Assembly (NCBI GenBank): GCA_050115495.1
Contig: JASFQK010000018.1
Span: forward strand, 66,429-130,428
Direction of reading: 5' to 3'
Origin: Phycisphaerae bacterium
Lineage (GTDB): Bacteria; Planctomycetota; Phycisphaerae; UBA1845; Fen-1342
DNA: 64,000 nucleotides
Shown: piece after piece, positions 58,201 through 64,000 of the stretch
Layout: every line of letters begins with the position of its first letter
Position numbering within the stretch: the stretch's first letter is position 1
The notes under the pieces: generated by a model
What the model saw: only the letters and a program-made list of their open reading frames with translations
Databases searched by the model: none
What the model was told of the DNA's origin: nothing
Made by a program: the position numbers and the translations under genes

Positions 58201-59712
58201 ATGCCCGACTGGGAGATCCGCGAAGTTGATTGGCCGATCGACCCGCCGGCGGCGGTGCAGGCGTTCGCCGCCGGCGACGAACTCGCCTGGCTCGACAGCG
58301 CCTCCGCCGCCCCGAACCCGCCGGCAGCGGCCCGCTACAGCCTGATCTGTGCCCGCCCACTGGCCCGGCTCGAACAGGTGGAGGATGGGCCGGCGACGCT
58401 GCGGGTCGGCGGCAAGACCCTCGACGCGGACGCCAGCGGTTGGCGCCTCTGGCAGCGAACCGTCCGGCGGCTCCCCGTATGGCCGACGCCGGCGGCGAGC
58501 CTCTCGCCCGGCTGGATCGGCTACGTCGGCTTCGGCATGGCCCGCCAGCTCGAACACCTGCCGCAGTCGCATTGTGACGAACTCGGTCTGCCGCCGCTGC
58601 GACTGGCCCTGTACGACAGGGGCGTGCTGCTGGACCACGTGGCCGGCCGGGCCTGGGCCGTGCGGGCCGCGGATTTTGAACTCGACGGCCGGCGGGCGGA
58701 GGACCCGGACTGGCTGGCACGCTGGAACGCGGCGGCGAAAGCGACGGCCGTGCCGCCGGCGCCGCTGCGCGTCGAGCGGCACGAGTTGACCGGCCGTACC
58801 GCGCACGAAGCTGCCGTCGCCCGGGCGCTCGCCTACATCGCCGCCGGCGACGTGTACCAGGTGAATCTCGCCCGTTGTATTCGGCTCGAAGGTGTCGGCG
58901 ATGCCCTCGGCCTGTACGCGGCGGTGCGGGCGGCGAACCCGGCACCGTACGCGGCGCTGCTGCAATGGCCCGGTGGGGCGGTGGCCTCGGTCTCGCCGGA
59001 GTTGTTCCTGCGTGTCCGCGGTGACGAGGTGCTGACCCGGCCGATCAAGGGCACACGGCCCCGTTGTGGCGAGCCGGTGGCCGATGCGGCGGCCCGTGCT
59101 GACTTGCTTGGTTCGGCGAAGGAAGCCGCCGAACTGACCATGATCGTGGACTTGCACCGCAACGACCTCGGTCGCGTCTGCCGGTTTGGCTCGGTGCAGG
59201 TGGCCCGGCCGCGAGCGGTCGAAGCCCACCCGACCGTCTTCCACACGGTGGCGGACGTCGTCGGTCGGCTGTCGCCGGGGCGGACACCGCTGGATGCGCT
59301 GGCGGCGTGCTTCCCGGCCGGCTCGGTCACGGGCGTGCCGAAGATTCGGGCGATGCAGATCATCGACGAACTGGAGCCGGTAGCTCGTGGCGTGTACACG
59401 GGAGCGGTCGGCGGGCTGGGGCTCGACGGGCAGATGACGTTCAATGTGGCCATCCGCACATTGCAGATGCGCGGCTCAGCGGCGACACTCTACATCGGTG
59501 GCGGGATCGTGGCCGACTCGGACCCCGCCGCCGAGTACGAGGAGACTTGCGACAAGGCCCGCGGCATTCTGCGCGGACTGAGCGGCCCACCGGTTGCAAA
59601 CCGGTGCCACAATGAGGTTGCTCCAATCACAGACCGGTGCCACAGTGAGGTCGCATCGGCTGCAAACCAGTGTCACAGGTTGGCTGCCGCCGAAGGAGAG
59701 CGTCGTGCCTGA
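58201..59712 (+). CDS. pabB: Aminodeoxychorismate synthase component I (PabB/TrpE family)
   Basis: WLDS, YIAAGDVYQVNL, SPELFL, TRPIKGTRPR, AELTMIVDL.RNDL, FPAGSVTGVPK, GGGIVADS; adjacent to a PabC-like gene. Confidence 0.8.
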   Translation: MPDWEIREVDWPIDPPAAVQAFAAGDELAWLDSASAAPNPPAAARYSLICARPLARLEQVEDGPATLRVGGKTLDADASGWRLWQRTVRRLPVWPTPAASLSPGWIGYVGFGMARQLEHLPQSHCDELGLPPLRLALYDRGVLLDHVAGRAWAVRAADFELDGRRAEDPDWLARWNAAAKATAVPPAPLRVERHELTGRTAHEAAVARALAYIAAGDVYQVNLARCIRLEGVGDALGLYAAVRAANPAPYAALLQWPGGAVASVSPELFLRVRGDEVLTRPIKGTRPRCGEPVADAAARADLLGSAKEAAELTMIVDLHRNDLGRVCRFGSVQVARPRAVEAHPTVFHTVADVVGRLSPGRTPLDALAACFPAGSVTGVPKIRAMQIIDELEPVARGVYTGAVGGLGLDGQMTFNVAIRTLQMRGSAATLYIGGGIVADSDPAAEYEETCDKARGILRGLSGPPVANRCHNEVAPITDRCHSEVASAANQCHRLAAAEGERRA

Positions 59713-60577
59713 CTTCGTATGCATCAACGGCGAGGTGGTGCCGGCGGAGGAGGCTCGGGTCAGTGTCTTCGACTCGGGCTTCATGCAGGGGATCGGGCTC
59801 TTCGAGACCATGCGGGCCTACGATGGCCGGCTCTTCCGCGCCGAGCAGCACCTCCAACGCCTGATGAATTCGGCGGCGACGCTCGGCTGGTCGGTCGTGC
59901 CCGATGCCGACACGCTACGGGACAACGTTGCGCGCGTCGTGGCCGTGGCGCCGCGCGTGGACCTGCGCGTGCGGCTCACGGTCACGACCGGCTCGTTGCG
60001 ATCGGTGGAGGCCGAGACGCCGGCTCTGACGATCGTGGCCACGGCGACGCCGGGCATGAAGTACCCGGATGACCTGTACCGCGGCGGCGTGACGCTGGCC
60101 GTGTCGCCGTTTCGGCAGAGCACGACGGACCCGACGATCCCGCACAAGACGACGAGCTACTTCGCCCGGCTGGCGGGTCTGCGCGAGGCGCACGCCATCG
60201 GCGCGTTCGAGACGCTGTGGCTGACCGAGGACGACGAGGTAGCCGAGGGGTCGATCAGCTCGATGCTGGCGGTGCGCGGCGGGGCGTTGTGGATGCCGCC
60301 GCTGGACACGCCGGTGTTGCCGGGGATCACGCGGGCGACCGTGGTGGAGCTGGCCGCGCAGCGGGGCATCGCCGTGCAGGAGTCGCTGCTGACGCTGGAA
60401 GAGCTGCGGCAGTCGGACGAGATCTTCCTGGCCAATAGCATGATGGAGATCATGCCGGTCGTCCGGCTCGACCGTGAGCCGATCGGCAACGAGAAGCCCG
60501 GCGAGATCACGTCACAACTGGCGATCGCCTACGGCGAACTGGTCGATCAGGAGTGCGGGGATGACGCGGAAGAGTGA
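59705..60577 (+). CDS. Class IV aminotransferase / aminodeoxychorismate lyase (PabC-like)
   Basis: GTG start overlapping pabB; GLFETMR, HKTTSY, EGSISS, LPGITR. Confidence 0.85.
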   Translation: MPDFVCINGEVVPAEEARVSVFDSGFMQGIGLFETMRAYDGRLFRAEQHLQRLMNSAATLGWSVVPDADTLRDNVARVVAVAPRVDLRVRLTVTTGSLRSVEAETPALTIVATATPGMKYPDDLYRGGVTLAVSPFRQSTTDPTIPHKTTSYFARLAGLREAHAIGAFETLWLTEDDEVAEGSISSMLAVRGGALWMPPLDTPVLPGITRATVVELAAQRGIAVQESLLTLEELRQSDEIFLANSMMEIMPVVRLDREPIGNEKPGEITSQLAIAYGELVDQECGDDAEE

Positions 60578-61694
60578 GCGGGCGACGGTGGCCGACGTGC
60601 TGGCGGCACTCGACGCCATATCCCCGCTGGCCGGGGCGGAGGAGTGGGACAACGTCGGTCTGCTTGCCGGACGCGGCGAATGGCCGGTGCAGCGGGCGCT
60701 GCTGGCGATGGACCTGACCGACGCCGTGGCCCGCGAGGCGCTTAGCAAGCAGGTTCAGGCACTCGTGCTCTACCACCCGCCGATCTTCAAGGGTACACGC
60801 AAGCTGACGGCCGCGGCCGATGCGCCGACGACACTGCTGCCGGACGTGCTCGCCGCCGGTATGTCGTTGCTGGCGACGCATACGGCGCTCGACGCCGCCG
60901 CCGGTGGCACGAACGACGTACTGCTCGACGCGATCGCGCCAACGTCGCGGCGGCCACTGGAGCTGCACGTCGTGCAGGAGCGGACGTACAAGCTGGTCGT
61001 GTTCGTGCCCCCCGGCGAGGTGGATCGGCTGCGGGCCGCGTTGGCGGCGGCGGGGGCTGGGCGGATCGGCCACTACGAGGAATGCAGCTTCGAGCTCGCC
61101 GGCCGCGGTACCTTTCGCGGCGACGAGACCACGCGGCCGCGCGTCGGCCGCAAGCTCGTGCTCGAACACGCCGACGAAGTGCGGCTCGAAACGGTCGTGC
61201 CGCGGGCGCAGCTCGGTGACGTCGTCCGTGCCCTGTACGCCCACCATTCGTACGAGGAGCCGGCGTTCGATGTCTATCCCGTCCACGAAACCCCCGGCCG
61301 GGCGGCGACGGGCATGGGCCGCGTCGGTCAGCTCGCACGTCCGCAACGTGGCACGACGCTGGTGCAGCGCCTCGCCGACCGCGTCGACCTGTCCTGCGCG
61401 ACGGTCGTCGGCGATCTGCGGCGGAGCTTCCGCTCGGTGACGGCGGCGGCGGGTGCGTTCGGCGTGAAGGCGTTCAACGATCCGGATTCGCTCGTCTTCA
61501 CCGGCGAGTTCAAGCACCACGACGCCCTGGCCCTGCAACGCCGGGGCGTGACCGCGGTGCAGCTCGGCCACTACGCCAGTGAGCGGCCGGCGCTGGAGGT
61601 GCTGCGTGGCAGGCTGAAAACGCGCGTGGCCGGCGTGCGGTTCGAGCTGGCCCGGGCGGATCGGTCGCCGCTGGCGCCGCTGAAGACCCGATGA
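60561..61694 (+). CDS. Nif3/DUF34-family dinuclear metal protein with PII-like insertion
   Basis: WDNVGL, YHPPIF, HTALD, KLVVFVP, GAGRIGHYEECSF, HSYEEPAFD, GHYASE. Confidence 0.9.
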   Translation: MTRKSERATVADVLAALDAISPLAGAEEWDNVGLLAGRGEWPVQRALLAMDLTDAVAREALSKQVQALVLYHPPIFKGTRKLTAAADAPTTLLPDVLAAGMSLLATHTALDAAAGGTNDVLLDAIAPTSRRPLELHVVQERTYKLVVFVPPGEVDRLRAALAAAGAGRIGHYEECSFELAGRGTFRGDETTRPRVGRKLVLEHADEVRLETVVPRAQLGDVVRALYAHHSYEEPAFDVYPVHETPGRAATGMGRVGQLARPQRGTTLVQRLADRVDLSCATVVGDLRRSFRSVTAAAGAFGVKAFNDPDSLVFTGEFKHHDALALQRRGVTAVQLGHYASERPALEVLRGRLKTRVAGVRFELARADRSPLAPLKTR

Positions 61695-61698
61695 GAGA

Positions 61699-61780
61699 TG
61701 GGGACTGGCTCCGAGCGGAGGAGCAGGCACGGCATTGAACGATGCAGCGAGCGAGGTGCCTGTCCCCCTTTTTCGACGGG
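61699..61780. repeat. REP-like family C, copy 3
   Basis: GGGGACTGGCTCCGAGC...GCGAGGTGCCTGTCCCCCTTTTT. Confidence 0.75.
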
Positions 61781-61851
61781 CGCCGGATTGATGTGAGATG
61801 AAGCGAGATCGTGATCGGTGGCGATGGAGGTCGTGTATGTGCGGACAGGGA

Positions 61852-62832
61852 ATGGTCCGGGCGGGTTGGTGGTCGTGTGTGGTGGTCGTGATCGCGGCGG
61901 CGCTCTGGCCGGTCGCGCCGGCGACGGCGGATGACGGCGACGCCCTGGCCATCGTCAACGGCCGCCCCATCTCGCAGAAGAAGATCAATGAGCTGCTCAT
62001 GGAGGCGTACGGCCTGCGCATGTTGCAGCAAGTCATCGCCCTCGATCTGGCCAGGCAGGAAACGCATCGCCGCGGGCTCGAAGTCACCGCGGACGACGTG
62101 CAGGCCCAGTATCGGCAGGCGCTCAAGGAGCTGGCCCCGCGGTCTGACACGCCGGGTGCGGAACTCGGCGATGCGGAGCTTGAGAAAGTCCTCGATCGCA
62201 TGCTGAGGGAGAAGTGCCTTACGCGGCCGGAGTTCATGCTGGCCATGGAGCGCAACGCGCATCTGCGCAAGGCAGCGGAATCGACCTTCGAGGTCAGCGA
62301 GGCGACGTTACGCGAGGAGTTTGCCCGGACGTACGGCGCGAAGGTGGAGGTTCGGCACATCGCCGTCGCCGCCAACGACACGCGCACGCTGCACGAAGTG
62401 ATCGACCGCCTCGGCAAAGGTGACGATTTCGCCACCGTCGCTCGCGACCTCAGCGCCAATCGCCAAACCGGCGCCGAGGGCGGCCTGTTGCCGGCGTTCA
62501 CGTTCACCGAACGGGAGAGCGTCGTGCCGGCGACGCTGCGCGAAGTCGCGTTCCAGCTCGCCCCGGGTGAGGTGTCCTCGCCGACGCTCGTAGGGGAGAT
62601 GATCCACATCCTCAAGCTGGAGCGGCGCATTCCGCCGGAGAACGTGCGGTTTGAGGACGTACGCGACAAGGTCGAGGCGACGTTGCGCGAGCGGGTCGTG
62701 CGGCAGAAGATGGGCGAGTTGATGGACAAGATCTTCCGCGAGGCGGAGATTCGTATCCTCGACCGGCGGCTGAAGCGCGAGTTCGATGCGGCGCTGGAGG
62801 AGCAGGCCGGGGCCCGTCCGCCGAGCCCGTAG
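61852..62832 (+). CDS. PpiC-type peptidyl-prolyl isomerase (PrsA/SurA-like foldase)
   Basis: Signal peptide, AIVNGRPI, VRHI, DFATVARDLS, GGLL, AFQLAPGEVS. Start uncertain. Confidence 0.85.
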   Translation: MVRAGWWSCVVVVIAAALWPVAPATADDGDALAIVNGRPISQKKINELLMEAYGLRMLQQVIALDLARQETHRRGLEVTADDVQAQYRQALKELAPRSDTPGAELGDAELEKVLDRMLREKCLTRPEFMLAMERNAHLRKAAESTFEVSEATLREEFARTYGAKVEVRHIAVAANDTRTLHEVIDRLGKGDDFATVARDLSANRQTGAEGGLLPAFTFTERESVVPATLREVAFQLAPGEVSSPTLVGEMIHILKLERRIPPENVRFEDVRDKVEATLRERVVRQKMGELMDKIFREAEIRILDRRLKREFDAALEEQAGARPPSP

Positions 62833-62936
62833 GCCGCCGCCGGTTGCGGTGCCGGCGAGACGGGGCGATACTGGCGGCTGACACGGGGCAGCCTCTGGCG
62901 TTGCCGGAGGTGTCTCGGGGTGGTGAGGGATCCGCC

Positions 62937-63650
62937 ATGTTTGAGCGTTTTACCGACCGTGCGCGCAAGGTGATGGCGTTGGCCAACCTGGAAGCGCAGC
63001 GCCTGGAGCAGCCGTACGTTGGCGCGGAGCACATCCTGTTGGGACTGGTGCAGGAAGGTTCGGGTGTTGGGGCGAACGTGCTGAGGAACCTGGGCGTCGA
63101 GCTGCGCGTGGTCCGCCGGGAGGTCGAGAAGCTGGTGAAGTCAGAGTCCGAGGCGGCTCCGCCGGGCAAGCTGCCGATGACGGCCCGGGCGAAGCGCATT
63201 GTAGACAACGCTATCACCGAAGCCCGTTCTCTCAGCCACAACTACGTCGGCACGGAGCATCTTCTGCTCGGCCTGCTGGTCGAGCACGAGGGCGTGCCGG
63301 CGCAGGTATTCGCGAGCCTGAACCTCAAACGCGAGGTCGTTCGCGCCGAGATACTCAATCTGCTGGGCACCGGCGGGCCCGGCGAGCCCGACGTGCTGGG
63401 GGGCAAGGTCAATGACGCCGTCCGCGGAGTGCTCGTGCGCCACGAGGTGGGTCGGGCGGCACTGGAGTTGGAGGCACAGATCGCGAAGTGCAAGGAAGAG
63501 GCCGTGCAGCGCGGGGCGTACGAACAGGCCGCCCAGTATCGCGACATGGGCAAGGAGCTTGACTTCGTGCTTCTCCAACTCGCGGCGACGCTCAGTTCGG
63601 GCGCCGGCGATCAAGGCAGCCCGCCCCCCGCGCCGGGCGGCGACGCGTAG
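62937..63650 (+). CDS. Stand-alone Clp N-terminal-domain protein with UVR-like coiled coil, no AAA+ module
   Basis: MFERFTDRARKVM, EHILLGL, GTEHLLLGL, KEEAVQRGAYEQAAQYRD; stops at 63650. Confidence 0.85.
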   Translation: MFERFTDRARKVMALANLEAQRLEQPYVGAEHILLGLVQEGSGVGANVLRNLGVELRVVRREVEKLVKSESEAAPPGKLPMTARAKRIVDNAITEARSLSHNYVGTEHLLLGLLVEHEGVPAQVFASLNLKREVVRAEILNLLGTGGPGEPDVLGGKVNDAVRGVLVRHEVGRAALELEAQIAKCKEEAVQRGAYEQAAQYRDMGKELDFVLLQLAATLSSGAGDQGSPPPAPGGDA

Positions 63651-63767
63651 CGTCCGGGCTCCGTACCGGACGTCTTGGGAGTGTGGCATGCTGAAGCCTC
63701 TGGCGCCGGCATGTCTTCTCCTGGCGTCGGGGAAGACATGCCGGCGCTGCGCTTCGGCATGCCACAC
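63649..63767. repeat. REP motif D (AGCGTCCGGGCTCCGTACCGGACG) followed by a full family A hairpin
   Basis: Motif D also at about 39747 and 41527; family A arm followed by its reverse complement GAAGACATGCCGGCGC...GGCATGCCACAC. Confidence 0.75.
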
Positions 63768-63877
63768 ACGTCTTCGTCCGTGTTCAGTATAGGACACGAA
63801 GATGCTTGGTGACGAAGCGGCGGGAAAGATTGGTGGAGTCTGTCGCGTTCTGGCGGGTTTTGGCGCGGATTGCGCGG

Positions 63878-64000
63878 GAGCTATTGTCAAAAGTCGTTGA
63901 TGGCGTCGTGATCAGGCGGCGGCTTTCTCGGGTTTTTCTCCGTCGATGAAGCGGACGCTGGCGATCACGTCCGGCAGAAGCTTCGCGCCATTCAGCGTCC
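63878..64000 (-). mobile_element. End of an IS256-family insertion sequence (transposase C-terminus 63912 to >64000 plus terminal IR)
   Basis: Minus-strand translation TLNGAKLLPDVIASVRFIDGEKPEKAAA* resembles IS256 transposase C-termini; followed by ACGACTTTTGACAATAGCTC, an IS256-like terminus (by recall). Confidence 0.7.

Noticed and set aside
1..64000. tRNA, rRNA, tmRNA, SRP or RNase P genes
   Set aside because: No diagnostic motifs found by eye; tRNAscan/Infernal not run.

Overview
This is a GC-rich bacterial chromosome window, most likely from a planctomycete (Phycisphaerae-like). That assignment is inferred from the ECF sigma/Ser-Thr kinase pair, the 'NFDIxPF' dockerin-like C-termini, Tat-exported Gfo/Idh/MocA and TIM-barrel proteins, a PEP-CTERM protein and the intergenic repeat style. 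Housekeeping genes include nadC, two enoyl-CoA hydratases, a UbiD-family decarboxylase, ispG, rseP, dxr, dnaK, dapB, pabB/pabC-like, Nif3/DUF34 and a PpiC-type PPIase. Accessory content includes: two tandem gingipain-like (C25) proteases; four unrelated secreted proteins sharing a C-terminal dockerin-like tag; an ECF sigma/Ser-Thr kinase/dockerin-protein locus interrupted by a truncated mgtE-like stub; a tandem array of four mosaic paralogs with GspG-like C-termini, each with its own apparently leaderless promoter; a second tandem paralog pair; an AbiE type IV toxin-antitoxin module whose toxin is frameshifted at a C-run; a stand-alone ClpC N-domain+UVR protein; and the end of an IS256-family element at the right edge. 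Several families of REP/MITE-like intergenic repeats are present. I found no rRNA, tRNA or CRISPR array. All calls come from reading motifs by eye, with no database searches.
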